This document shows, piece after piece, positions 21,760-32,793 of a DNA stretch of 64,000 nt. A program made the translations under genes and the position numbers. How positions within the stretch are numbered: position 1 is the stretch's first letter; each line of letters starts with the position of its first letter. The notes under the pieces are model-generated. The model ran no database searches. It was not told the origin of the DNA and saw only the letters and a program-made list of their open reading frames with translations. Source of the DNA: a virus; the IMG/VR virus record IMGVR_UViG_3300045988_117466, positions 64,001-128,000 of that record; one strand, written 5' to 3'.

Positions 21760-22233
21760 GCTAGAGCAGTATAAAAAGAGTATTAAATTATGTTAATGAG
21801 TATTTATAATATATCATATAAAATTCATTTCCCTATGTGCAAGCATGTTTCCATGCTGATAATTTTCTAGCGGCACATTCGCATACAGTTCTGATCATCC
21901 CTTTCTGATGTCACTCGTAAGGTGAGTTAACCAGATTCCCATTATGATCGATGGACGTTCCTCTAATATAGAGGCTTCGCTGCGGATTCTGTATAAATAT
22001 TGATCTTATTACTATATCTTAGGAATTACCCCTTGCCCTTAATACATCACTGTACTAAGTTAGTAATCAATATCGTTTAACAGTTCCCGTACATAAATTA
22101 TCAAAAAGTATTTCAGTTTCGGTTGTTTTCTAAGCAATCTCTTATTTGTATCACCATTTCGATACAAACTCGTTCTGTGTTACCACTAGATTGCTCTGGG
22201 CATTGTACATGAGGACAACTGATAATTTGCCCT

Positions 22234-25200
22234 ACCCAGCTTTCCTTTCGCTCCTGCGACTCCTAAAGCACCCATAAAGGCTGTTCTAAGAAGCCCAGCT
22301 TTAGTTACTAAATTTGTTATTTGAGTTCCAGCATCTACAAGTCCTTTGATAAAATCAGAAGAAATAGAAGTGTTCCACATTTCTTGGAAACTTGCTGTCA
22401 GCTGATCAACTTTACCTTGGATGGAATCAAGTTGAGTTTCGTTTTCACGAAGAGCTGATCCTTCTGAGTTTTGTGTTTCGTTGTAGACTTTTTCAAGCAT
22501 CTCTGGCTTCTGTAAAATACTGGCAACAATATTAGCTCTATTTTTTCCTGCAATTTTCTCTAAAATAGAAGCTTGTTTAAGGTCACCACCATCGGTAGAA
22601 CCAATTTCGCTCCAGATCTTACCCAATCCAAGTAAAAATTCATATGGATTTTTATAAGATCCATCATCTTTTAATAAATCAAAGCCTTTGTAGTCGTTTG
22701 ATGCTACTTTAGTTTGATTTTTAATGAGATCTCTCAACTGAGATGTGTTCTGAATGTAACCATCAACATCTTCACCTGCTTCTTGAAGCACATTCATATC
22801 AGTGCCTCGAATTCTTAAGGATACTGTTTTTAAACCAGCTCCAACGCTCTCAGGATTTTGCACGACGGAATTCCCAACTGTAGTAAGAGCAACTGACTGT
22901 TCATAGTTAGCACCTGCCGCCTGTAAAGCACTAGCAGATCTCTGTAATGAACTAGCAATCTCATCTGATGAAATAGGCTCTAAGTTACCGATATTATTCA
23001 AAACATCAACAACATTCTCTACATCATCAGCACCCTTATCGAATCCCTGCATAATAGAAATCAATGCATTAGTAGCATCATCTACCTGCTCAAATTCTGA
23101 TACATTCATGAGAATACCTGTCCACTTAGACATCTTCTCAGAATCTTGTGTGTTATAACCTAATCTAGCCCAGTCAGCAGTAGATTTGGTTAATTCCACA
23201 GCATCTCTACCGATATCTTTACCAGTAGCATACATATCTTTTTCGACAGTAGCATAAACATCACTCGTATCACTTGTGACTTTCTTTAACTCTGTCATTG
23301 CAGCATCCATTTCTTTGATGCTTTCAATTCCTTGTTGGAATCCTTGCCATACGACATCGATTCCACCCATTGAGATCAAGTACTTACTTAACTTAGTAAC
23401 TTCTTGACCCATATCTCCAACAATTTGTCCGAACAAACTCTTATATTCAGAACGACTCTTAAGCTGTGATCTAGCAATACCAGTATCCTGATTAAAATTA
23501 ATAGCATACTTTTCAAGCTTTCCATCATCTCTTGATCTTGCTTTGATATAAGCAGCCATTCCATTTCTACCCATACTGGTTTCAAGAATGTTACTGTTTA
23601 CACCAGAAGCTCTAAATAATTCTTCAGCTTTAGCTTCATTGAAATCATTTAAGGATAATCCTTCTCCGATAACAGTTCCCTGATTGTTCTGGAGCTTAAA
23701 TTGGTTTCTAAGTCTACCATGTTCAGTAAGCTCAGCGTTCAGTCTATTAAGCTCTCTAATATCTTCCTCAATTTCTTTATTGTCAAAGAAAACATCTCCA
23801 CTATGTTTTTCTTTTAAATCTCTAATTCGGTTAACTGTAGCTTCAACCTTAGTCGCAAATTCTGTTGTATATTGTTCAAGATCTTGACTAACAATGGTCT
23901 TTGATAAAGCTCTGTCAGCAGCATTTTTAACACGATCAGATTTAGGATTAGTATTCCCTAATGCTGTACCATCGTTTGCTCCACCAACATTTCCACCGGC
24001 TAAAACCTTGTTCATGTTCTTCAAGCCAGTAGCAATCTCACCAGTAAGATTAAATTTCTTATTTAAGTTATCAACCAGTCTTGTAACTTCACGAATTGAA
24101 CTACCAATACCAGCAAAAGCACCTGCGATCTTAGCAGAATAAGCAGTAGACTTGTCAGCTAGATTAGCAATCTTATTTGTCATAGTCTCAATATCAGAAG
24201 CTTTCTTGTCTGTAAAAGACTGTCCTGTATTGAATTTAACTTTTAAATCAAGATTCTTTTTCAGATCATTGATAATCTTCTCAACAGTAACTAAATCGTC
24301 TAATACAGCATCAGTATTGATACCAACTTTAATAGGCTCAGAAGCTTTTTCTCTTAAAGAAGTAAGCTTGCTTTCGGCTTGTGTTAACTCTTCATCATTA
24401 ACATTGATGTCAATTTTTGTGTCTCCGCTGTTAGAATCCTCTTTAAATTTTTGAGTTGAAGTAATAGCTTTCTCAAGATCTTCAACATTGCCTTTAAAAT
24501 TAACCGCAACGTCAATAGCATCCTTAGAGCGAAGTTCATTTACTTGTTGAAGAATGTTATCAATATTCTCTGTATTAGCTTTAAAATTAATAGTAATATC
24601 TATATTTTCTTTTGATCTTAGTTCATTAATTTCTTGTAAAATTGTATTGAACTCGGAATCGTTTGCTTTAAGATTAACAACGATATCTTTGCCTTCGTAA
24701 GAAGCAATCTTTTCATCAACCTTAGCCAATGCAGATTCTAACTGAGAAGTGTCAGCAGTAACTTTTACAGAAGATTCTTTAGGGTGTTCACTTTCTGTAA
24801 CACTGTTTGTCTTAGTTTCAGTAACATTTCTGCTTGGAAATTCACGAATTGCATCTTTGTTTTTGCTTAACCATTCACGGCTTTCTTGAGACCAAGGAGT
24901 TTCAATAGTAGCTCCTTTTTCAGCTTTAATAGATGTGTATGTATCAACAGTTTTAACAGCTTCTTGAAGACCTTTGGCTTCCTCGGCATAGATATTTTCT
25001 CCGTTCTTAATCTTTTCATTGAATTTCTGGATATATTCTCTAGCGCTTTGGAAAGTACTGATCAGGTCTTTGTTACTCATGTCTTTCATGTCAGCAGGCA
25101 TTTCAAAATCTTTATCAACTTCCCTTTGATGGAGTTCTAATTTTTTAACTGCTTCAGATAAGAATTGTGTAATATTTTTATCAACAGCATGAGTAGTAGA

Positions 25201-26307
25201 ACCTTCTTCTGGCTGATAATTGCTTAGTATTTTACTGTAATACTCGGCTTTCTGTAATTCCTCATCGGTAAGAGTTTCACCTTTGGATTGTTTTTCCATC
25301 AGGTTCTTACTGCCGGCTTTTGCACCGTTGTATTGTTGAGGACTAATTGCTTGTCCTTCTTGAAATTTATATGGTTTACTAGAGTCAAACCCAGAAATCA
25401 AAATACCTTCTTGGGCTAAAATATCACTCCATTGTTTATTGAATTGGTTTTTAAGTTTATTGGTTACTCCTGTAGTCTTTTTGATATTTCTATCAGTGCT
25501 AGTCATAGCCTGAGTAAGAGCCTTATTAACCTGTTTAACAACATCCTCTTCGATCGGAGATAAAATATTTTTTAAGTCGATTCCCTGGGCTTGGAACAGG
25601 CTTTTATAACCTTCTGTACCTGCAAAATCAGTTTGTCCTGTTAGCAATTCTTTTATAAACTTTTGCCTAGAAGTAATAGTATTTCTTAACTCACCAGCCT
25701 GTTTGAGCATTTCATCGTTCTTACTCCAATCAGAATTTGACATTAAACCATGCAGTTCTTCAAAAGCTTTTCCAATATCTTCTTGAGCTAGCATTCCAGC
25801 CATTGCATATTCTTTAAAATCATTTAAAGAGATACCATTTTTAGAATTACCATGTAATTCGTTATATTGTGTTTTAGATTCGTTGTAAAAATCTTTATAT
25901 TTATCTTGCTTATAAGTCTTTTTTTGTACTTCGTGTACCTTAGAAGCAGCTCTTGTGGCAAGATCACTGTCCTCGTAGCTACGTTTAGAAACCTTGCTTA
26001 AATTGTCGTTCTTAATTTTTTCAAGATCATTGTAAGTAGTTTTAAGATTCTTTAACTTCTTTTCTGCATCGGCCAAATCTTTAGATTCATATACAAATTG
26101 AAAATTTGTTAATCCAGTTTTATCAATATAACTTCTGATGCTTTTAGCAACTTTATCCATAGAGGATTTATTGATATTAGCACCAATAGGTACTTGGACT
26201 TGTTTAAAACCATTTACTACTTCGCTTTTAGCTTTTTCTAAAGAGGCTTGATCAACGTCAACCCCCATAGAGGCAGTAAAAGAAATTACTTGTGTAGTTT
26301 CTGCCAT
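22234..26307 (-). CDS. Tape measure protein, exon 1
   Basis: ATG at 26307 with GGGGGTG SD. TP901-type TMP core (..KSTADWARLGYNT..LQAAGANYEQSVALTTVGNS..GAGLKTVSLRIRG..). The 15 codons after 22234 (RANYQLSSCTMPRAI-stop) are read as intronic. Confidence 0.8.
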
Positions 26308-26310
26308 TTA

Positions 26311-26808
26311 TTATTTCACCCCCTGTGATTTAAAGTCAGCTATCATTGCAGCTTTTAATTCGTTCATATATTGCCCTTGTACGATCGCCATAGCTTCTTG
26401 GGCACAACTAGCTTCCAACTCAGCTCTTCGGCTGTTAACATCGTTCTCTATAGTCTGCATAGGACTAGGAGAAGAAGTAGGAGTTCCAACATTGTATCCA
26501 CCATGTTCTCCACCAATAAAGTCCCATTCAAATACTGTTTCAGGACTCTGATTATAATGCCCACCTATAGAAGCAGAAGAGATAGTAATTCCACCTTCCG
26601 CTGTTCCAGGCCCACTGATAGTTTTAACCAAAGGCTGACTAGCTTCATATAGTCCATAGCTTCGTCCATATTGCTTAGGACTGTAATCTCCATAAAAGCT
26701 GGCTGCAGCCAATTCACCAATTTCTTTCAATTTTTCTGATGCTAATTGAGCAGCCAAATTAGCTGCAGCAACATTCATTTTCGTTAACACTTCCTGTGCT
26801 TTGCTCAT
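26311..26808 (-). CDS. Hypothetical protein in the tail-assembly-chaperone position
   Basis: 165-aa ORF directly upstream of the TMP. No motif recognised. Confidence 0.3.
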   Translation of the reverse strand: MSKAQEVLTKMNVAAANLAAQLASEKLKEIGELAAASFYGDYSPKQYGRSYGLYEASQPLVKTISGPGTAEGGITISSASIGGHYNQSPETVFEWDFIGGEHGGYNVGTPTSSPSPMQTIENDVNSRRAELEASCAQEAMAIVQGQYMNELKAAMIADFKSQGVK

Positions 26809-26857
26809 GTAATTCTCCTTCCACTAAAAAAGAGCCTCACATGAGACTCTTTTAAAA

Positions 26858-27394
26858 TTATTCTACTTTTAATTTTTCAATCATTGTTTTCATAACTTCA
26901 GTACTATCAATTCCTTTAGCACCTTCTACAATAGCTTCCTGAATGCTTAGATTAATAAATCTTAATTCCCTTGAAACAATGGCTTCTAAAGAATTATGAT
27001 TTCTCATATGGTCTTCCCAAGCTAATTTATATAGCTTTTTAAATTCTTCAAAATCCTTTCCAATTTCCTCTAAGATTCTGTCAATCAATCCAGCTTTAGC
27101 AAGAGAATCTAATACCTCGTAAGTGCTTTCTCCTTCAAACTCAATATTTGTATAAAGCTGTAGAGCAGTAGTGATCAATACATGATAAGCACTGATTGAA
27201 TTTACAGTAACTGTATAGCTTTCGCTTTCTTTCCCCAACGCCTTAACGATTTCTTCAATTGCAGTAATTTTTATTGCAATTGGAACATAATGACCAATTT
27301 TTAAGCTTGGGATAGCATGTTCTAATGTAGCTCCCTCTACAGAGTTATTAAATTCCTCAATAATAGTGTCTAAATTTACTGTATTTTCTCCCAT
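26858..27394 (-). CDS. Acidic protein in the tail-assembly-chaperone position
   Basis: 178 aa, acidic, located between the major tail protein region and the TMP. Confidence 0.35.
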   Translation of the reverse strand: MGENTVNLDTIIEEFNNSVEGATLEHAIPSLKIGHYVPIAIKITAIEEIVKALGKESESYTVTVNSISAYHVLITTALQLYTNIEFEGESTYEVLDSLAKAGLIDRILEEIGKDFEEFKKLYKLAWEDHMRNHNSLEAIVSRELRFINLSIQEAIVEGAKGIDSTEVMKTMIEKLKVE

Positions 27395-27396
27395 AG

Positions 27397-27867
27397 TTAT
27401 TTCTCCTTTTCTTTTTTCTGTTTCTCTTTTTCTTTGCGTCTCTTTCTTCTTTGAGACTGAATATATTCATAAGTTTTCCATCCACCATCAATCTTTGAGT
27501 ATGCTACCCAATAAAAGTTGATATGAGGATATTTATATAGAAGTAATTTTCTTTTCATAGGTGCCACATGATCTGGCATACCTTTTACATCAATGACATC
27601 TTCATGTCCGTCTTTATATGTAAGTACAAAATCTGCCACATATTTAATAGGAAGATATTTTTTATCTTGATGTTCAAATCCTTCCTGTAATAAATATTCT
27701 TTCTGCCGTTCACAATAGGTGATTTCCCCTGAAAGAATACCCGGAAGAACAGCATCTCTGTAAAATCTCATCTCAAGAGCAGAGTCAAATACGATTCCAT
27801 CACACATACGATTATCAGTTCGCTTACTAACATTGTACTTACTGTCTCTTTGTTTCTTTTCGCTCAT
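27397..27867 (-). CDS. DUF1064-like PD-(D/E)XK nuclease
   Basis: ..FDSALEMRFYRDAVLP..KYVADFVLTYKDGHEDVIDVKG..KRKLLL.. fits the DUF1064 pattern from memory. Lys/Glu-rich tail. Confidence 0.5.
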   Translation of the reverse strand: MSEKKQRDSKYNVSKRTDNRMCDGIVFDSALEMRFYRDAVLPGILSGEITYCERQKEYLLQEGFEHQDKKYLPIKYVADFVLTYKDGHEDVIDVKGMPDHVAPMKRKLLLYKYPHINFYWVAYSKIDGGWKTYEYIQSQRRKRRKEKEKQKKEKEK

Positions 27868-27926
27868 AGTCCTCCTTATAAAATCCGTATACTAAAAACA
27901 GCAGAAGTACCTGCTGCCATAATGTT

Positions 27927-28145
27927 CTAAATTAATTCATGTTTACACCAAGCATCATACAGGTGCTTAGTGTCTTCTCTGTTCCAAACAAATAAAATTT
28001 TATTCTGATCGAATCTATTGTCTGGAATGATATCCAAAAGTTCAGCTCCATAACTTAAGTATTTAAAATTCTGAAGCATATTTGGAATAAATACACACTC
28101 ATCCGGTTCATAAGTCTTCCCGGTAATTCCACTTGTAGTTTTCAT
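27927..28145 (-). CDS. Hypothetical protein
   Basis: 72-aa ORF with SD. Confidence 0.35.
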   Translation of the reverse strand: MKTTSGITGKTYEPDECVFIPNMLQNFKYLSYGAELLDIIPDNRFDQNKILFVWNREDTKHLYDAWCKHELI

Positions 28146-28243
28146 AGTTCCTCCTGTTTATAATTAAAAAAAGAGAGACACATAAAACCTAATGGCTATG
28201 TGTCTCTCAGTGATCATTTCTTTTCACTAAGAGATCCGCAAAC

Positions 28244-28582
28244 CTATCTCCATTTCTTCTTACTTCGAGAGTAAGAAGAAGGAGAAGAGGAAGGGGATTG
28301 AGCCGTTTTGTTGGTCTCAGCGAAAACTTTCTCAATAACGCCTAAAACGTCAGGGAGAAAGTCAGATTTGTTAGTTAAATCACACTTGTCCAGTTTTTGT
28401 CTTGTTTGTTCAGCATTGCATTCGCCTGTAGAATATCTCTGACAAGCATCAAATACTTTTCTACAATTGTCTGAATCAAAGATAAAATACCAAGATGGTT
28501 TATCTCTATCGACATCACAATGAGGACAGTAGTGATATGCCTTCCCACAACAAAAACAGGTTCTCTGTTTCGTTTCTCCCAT
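28244..28582 (-). CDS. Zinc-ribbon protein
   Basis: CFCCGKAYHYCPHC motif, SD present. Confidence 0.45.
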   Translation of the reverse strand: MGETKQRTCFCCGKAYHYCPHCDVDRDKPSWYFIFDSDNCRKVFDACQRYSTGECNAEQTRQKLDKCDLTNKSDFLPDVLGVIEKVFAETNKTAQSPSSSPSSYSRSKKKWR

Positions 28583-28657
28583 GATATTCCTCCATTTCTA
28601 AATCGTTTCCAATCAAATAGCTGCCTTATCATTTGACAAGACAGCTTTTAAATTTGA

Positions 28658-29461
28658 TTATTCTGTAGGCATTTTTGGTACGATGATATCGAAAAGTTTC
28701 TTTTCTTTATCACAGTACTGTTGCATACACTGGATTTCAAATGGATGTTTACCATCAGTAGAGAATGTTAAGTCTACATTAGAGCTTAACTTAGCCTGTG
28801 GGAATACAAGATAAGCATTGTACAGTGTACTTACGTTACATACGTCAGCACCTAAAATCTGTACAATCAGTTTTCCAGCTTTAGGGAATTTTGTAGCACT
28901 GTTAGTTACTTTAACAGCTTCATCTGTCTCATATTCGTATTCAACGAATAACTGAGAACCTTTAGATAAACCAGTTGGTAATGTTACACTATCTGTTCCT
29001 TTAGCATGAACAAATTTATCATCACTAGCAGCTGCACCATTAGTGTATTTCTTTCCTAATGTGCTATCACCTTTTAATTCATAGATGTATTTAATCTGCT
29101 CTGTAGGTGTGTGTTTTAATGTAACAGCAGTACCAGCTGTAATATCAATTGTTTCGAAAGCTGTAGCAATTACTTTAGACTCAGCATCAGCAACTTGTTT
29201 CTTTGTACCAAACTGAGCAGCAGCTAATCCTAAATCGAATAAAGAGTTAGTTGCAGAGAAAGTAGCTTTCTTAGCTCTATCGAATTCCATAATAGGAACT
29301 TCAAGAGCATCAGTAGCCTGAGTTGTGTCAGACTCGCATTTGATAGATGGCTCTGTAATCTGATTAATAGACCATAAGATTTCTCCTGTGTCTGTATCTA
29401 CCATGATTGCACGTAAGCATCTATCGATGACAAAGTTATTAATGTCGAATGTACTTGCCAT
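28658..29461 (-). CDS. Major tail protein (positional call)
   Basis: 267 aa with a strong SD, the last large gene before the chaperone-position genes. No sheath-sized gene is present, so a non-contractile tail is inferred. Confidence 0.5.
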   Translation of the reverse strand: MASTFDINNFVIDRCLRAIMVDTDTGEILWSINQITEPSIKCESDTTQATDALEVPIMEFDRAKKATFSATNSLFDLGLAAAQFGTKKQVADAESKVIATAFETIDITAGTAVTLKHTPTEQIKYIYELKGDSTLGKKYTNGAAASDDKFVHAKGTDSVTLPTGLSKGSQLFVEYEYETDEAVKVTNSATKFPKAGKLIVQILGADVCNVSTLYNAYLVFPQAKLSSNVDLTFSTDGKHPFEIQCMQQYCDKEKKLFDIIVPKMPTE

Positions 29462-29519
29462 GTTTAATCCTCCTTGAAATATTTAAAAATTTGTATAAAA
29501 AAAAGCAGCTCCATAAGAG

Positions 29520-30236
29520 CTACTTAATCCAATTAAGGTCTTCGGTTTTAATTTTTGAGGTATCTATCATACCTGAATAGCATCCTTGTAAAAGTGCAAC
29601 AGCTTGTTTCTTTTTCTGAATCTGTTCAACGCTAGACATAAAAGCTGAGATATTTAAATCTTGAACAGATTGATAATCATACTTGAACTCTTCAGTATTT
29701 ACCATTGAGATAACAAGAGGAAGAAGTATTGGTTCAAACTCTTTGTTTTGGTTCATTTCATATTTCATCTTGTCTTCTTCAATAAGGATTTTTTTAGTTT
29801 CTTCGTTACCAGCGATTTCTACTTTAGGTTTGAGGCCGTGCAAAGATCTAAAATAATCACATATTTTGATATAGGCTAGCTTGTCAATCATGATGTCGTC
29901 TTCCATATCAACAAGAACAAGGTCTCCATTTACTTGATTTTGAGCCATCTCAAATTTACTGAGATCAACTCCCATGAATAATCGTTGAGATATGTCAGTT
30001 TCAAGAGTTGGAGCCATGAGCATAAATAAATCAAAGTCTTCAACTTCTTCGTAGTCTAATCCCAATTTAAAAAGCCTGTATTTCATATCACTAGGAATAC
30101 AGGTTAATGTAAATACAGCTTGAAAGTATTTGTCTTCACCCATCTCTTTTATGTCTCTAAGAGTAGGCTGATGAATACTTATTGCATCATTGATATAATA
30201 ATCATCTCCGAAAATGATAGACAGGTCTTTATCCAT
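29520..30236 (-). CDS. Hypothetical neck/tail-completion region protein
   Basis: 238-aa ORF overlapping the upstream gene end. Confidence 0.3.
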   Translation of the reverse strand: MDKDLSIIFGDDYYINDAISIHQPTLRDIKEMGEDKYFQAVFTLTCIPSDMKYRLFKLGLDYEEVEDFDLFMLMAPTLETDISQRLFMGVDLSKFEMAQNQVNGDLVLVDMEDDIMIDKLAYIKICDYFRSLHGLKPKVEIAGNEETKKILIEEDKMKYEMNQNKEFEPILLPLVISMVNTEEFKYDYQSVQDLNISAFMSSVEQIQKKKQAVALLQGCYSGMIDTSKIKTEDLNWIK

Positions 30237-30792
30237 GGTCTACCGTATTGTTAGGAATTTCCTCATGTGAGACATTGTTATGGGCATTATTTCTATTGTC
30301 CATTCGTCCCTGATAAGGATTACTTGGAGTGATCACTCGGAATTTCAATGTCCTGCAAACATATCTGGTATCAGTAGTTCCTGACACATCGTATGTAAGT
30401 TTCATTTGAAATCCTAAATTGTTACTCCACTGAAAATTATCTCTGATGCAATATCCTAAAAGATCATGTCTTTCAGCTCCATAAGGAGTAGCGAGATTAT
30501 CTTCGTGGCAAAATACTCTAAAAGTACATACCTGTTCTTTCATCATCCCATTTCTGTCATTGATATCTACATCATCAATGTCGAAACAAATGAAATTCTG
30601 GACTTCAGATTGTACTGGTTCAATATGAACTGCGGGGAATATGTTTACTCCCAAATATTCATCTGGAGAGTTTGAATCAAGTTTTGGGTTATCCAAAAGC
30701 TCGATAATATCAGAATCATTGTAAAGAATTTCTTTAATAATCCTTTTCTTGTAGATAATATCATCATCTATGTTCTGAAAATCTCTTATCAT
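30229..30792 (-). CDS. Hypothetical neck region protein
   Basis: 187-aa ORF with a 4-nt overlap with the upstream gene. Confidence 0.3.
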   Translation of the reverse strand: MIRDFQNIDDDIIYKKRIIKEILYNDSDIIELLDNPKLDSNSPDEYLGVNIFPAVHIEPVQSEVQNFICFDIDDVDINDRNGMMKEQVCTFRVFCHEDNLATPYGAERHDLLGYCIRDNFQWSNNLGFQMKLTYDVSGTTDTRYVCRTLKFRVITPSNPYQGRMDNRNNAHNNVSHEEIPNNTVDHG

Positions 30793-31412
30793 AATCCAAT
30801 CACCTCCGTCTGAAATTCAGCTGTTAAATCATGTACAAATGCTTGGATGGTGATCGTCTCACCAATTAGAGAGTACACCTTATGACATTTGATATTCACT
30901 GTTGTGTCATCACAAACAATGTCAAAGTCATCTAAGTGACCCTGTGGTACTATAACATTCCACTCCACTTTTTCAGGAGAAGAAGTAGTACCATCTCCAC
31001 GTTTAATAATAGTAGAGAATTTTTTAGCACTACCGCCACATTTAATCTGTGGTTTAGCACCAGCAAAGTTGATCACCAATTTATCATCTGGAAGATCAGG
31101 CAACGTAGGCTTGTCTTCATCAGTTTCAATAGTTGGTGGAACTTCGGTTTTATAATAGTCAGCAATCAACTCGTCCACATTGTCTGTGTGACCATTGAAA
31201 GCATCTTGTTTTAATGTAATTTTTGTAATCCCAAGAGGAACTGCATCCTCTCGTTTTGTAACTTTCCATGCCACTGGATGTAATGGATTACGTGTAATTA
31301 AGAATCGTGTATCGTAGTCTATGGTGTTAACCGTGTCATTGGTTGGAACCCAAAACTGTATCTGATTTTCCACAGAAGTCACGAGATAATCAGTCCAAGT
31401 TCCTTGATTGTT
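30789..31412 (-). CDS. Neck-region structural gene, exon 2 (5' end uncertain by about 20-40 nt)
   Basis: The frame is open upstream of GTG 31382 with no SD. It continues the 32794-33198 ORF across intron N. Confidence 0.45.
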   Translation of the reverse strand, partial: NNQGTWTDYLVTSVENQIQFWVPTNDTVNTIDYDTRFLITRNPLHPVAWKVTKREDAVPLGITKITLKQDAFNGHTDNVDELIADYYKTEVPPTIETDEDKPTLPDLPDDKLVINFAGAKPQIKCGGSAKKFSTIIKRGDGTTSSPEKVEWNVIVPQGHLDDFDIVCDDTTVNIKCHKVYSLIGETITIQAFVHDLTAEFQTEVIGL

Positions 31413-32793
31413 CTTTGATTTTTTGTCTAGTCTCGTAAGGACTAGGCGATTTTGTTTACAAAAGAAGATAAGTATTTATCATATTTACGCTGTAAATAAA
31501 TAGTTGCGTCATTGTACATCCAATGCGCCATATATGTAGCATTTTTACCAGAGAAGTTTATAACTCCAGTAAAATCATTTCCTTTTTTGGCATTTCGAAT
31601 ATTGTATTTAACATCAGTAAAATTCTGGGTAAAATAGTTAATAAATCCCTCACAAAATGTTTTTGTTGATACAATTGAAAGATAATGGCCATGCGCCATA
31701 GTCCCATTTCCGTCAAAATAACCTCTAATAAAATGAGAATGTAAATCTTTTCTAAGCCATGTTGGGTATTCTAAGCAATAACTTTTTCTTGGGACCATCC
31801 CAAGTGATTGTAATTGGCGACACATGTGAGCACTAAAAATTAACATTCTATATTGATTTTGATAAGAATATCCAAAATCATGCTTATTTGAATAATCTAT
31901 AAATTCCAATGGATGTTCATTATCCATCTCCTTACAAATTCTTTCAAGGATAGGGCGATCTCCTTCTTGCAAAGACATGGAGATAGTTTATTTAGGCATA
32001 TAATTACAACCATCTGCATCTAAAAAGCCTAAAATATAAGCTTTTTCTGGGGTATCAATCTCATCAAAATAATGTTCATTTACACTATAAGATCTTCGAC
32101 CATTACCAATTCTTGCAATTCCATAGGTGTCCAGAATTCTTCCAACTAATTTGTGACTTATACCATATTTTTTACCAATTGCAACAGAAGAGGCTCCATC
32201 TTTATACATTTGAGCCATATCATCTTTATGTTTTTGTGAAATGTCTTTATGGGTAAAACGTCCACCCTTTAAATCTTTTATAATTTTATGAATTTCAGGA
32301 TATCCATCTCCTGTAATGTCTACAATTTCTGATAAAGTTTTTCCTTCTTTAAATAAATTTCTATAATAATCTGTTTCGTATTTCATTGAATTTCCTCCTA
32401 AAAATTTCAATATAAAAAAGACAGTAATTGTTGTGTTAGGAGCACAACAAAAGAGGAGCTACCTCCTGTCCTGTCTTAATTAACTATTTATGTAAACTAA
32501 AATCCTTATGCTTTCACATAAGAGAAGAGCACATCAACACCATATTGTGAATACAACTTAGGTGGCTCCCGTTTTCAGGCACTTGCCTTACTTTGCTCGT
32601 TGAAGGTTTCTCTGTTCGAGACTTCCCGGCTGATTGTCCAATTTATTTTTTTTCAAACATTCACGCTCGCCCATATTTCATGACCACGTTGTAGTAAAAT
32701 AACTTTAAGGAGTTTCCAGCAAAAAGAGAGCTTTTTCACTAACAAGTTTCCCTGATAGTGCGCACAAATTTACGAATTTCGGCTGCGGATTGC
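31413..32793 (-). mobile_element. Group I intron N with a LAGLIDADG endonuclease gene (boundaries approximate)
   Basis: Candidate P1 TTGGT|/GCCGA. TTGCTGGAAACTCCTTAAAG..CTACAAC..ATGAAATATG (32671-32722) is near-identical to intron A. Core GGACAATCAGCCGGGAAG at 32617-32639. GAAA hairpin at 32506-32523. Confidence 0.65.
31442..32386 (-). pseudogene. LAGLIDADG homing endonuclease interrupted by one in-frame TAA (31990-31988)
   Basis: ATG at 32386 after AGGAGG. First motif ILGFLDADG, second motif IRGYFDGNG. The two ORFs are in the same frame, separated by a single TAA. Confidence 0.7.

Larger units (their letters stand above)
19532..22233 (-). mobile_element. Group I intron B in the tape-measure gene, carrying Bro-N/KilAC and Rha genes
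   Basis: P1 CTGGGT|/GCCCAG (22239-22234 / 22201-22196) and P10 TACAA/TTGTA (22207-22203 / 19530-19526), with a G at 19532. Core-like AATCCGCAGCGAAGC within 21973-21991. Confidence 0.55.

Noticed and set aside
22186-22233. Inteins or separate gene fragments as the explanation for the split TMP, RNAP and terL.
   Set aside because: The interruptions contain stop codons in all frames and RNA-level P1/P10 pairings. The downstream pieces lack SD and start signals. No intein blocks were seen.
26311-27394. Programmed -1 frameshift joining the two chaperone-position genes.
   Set aside because: The ORFs are separated by about 50 nt containing a hairpin. There is no overlap and no slippery heptamer that I could see.
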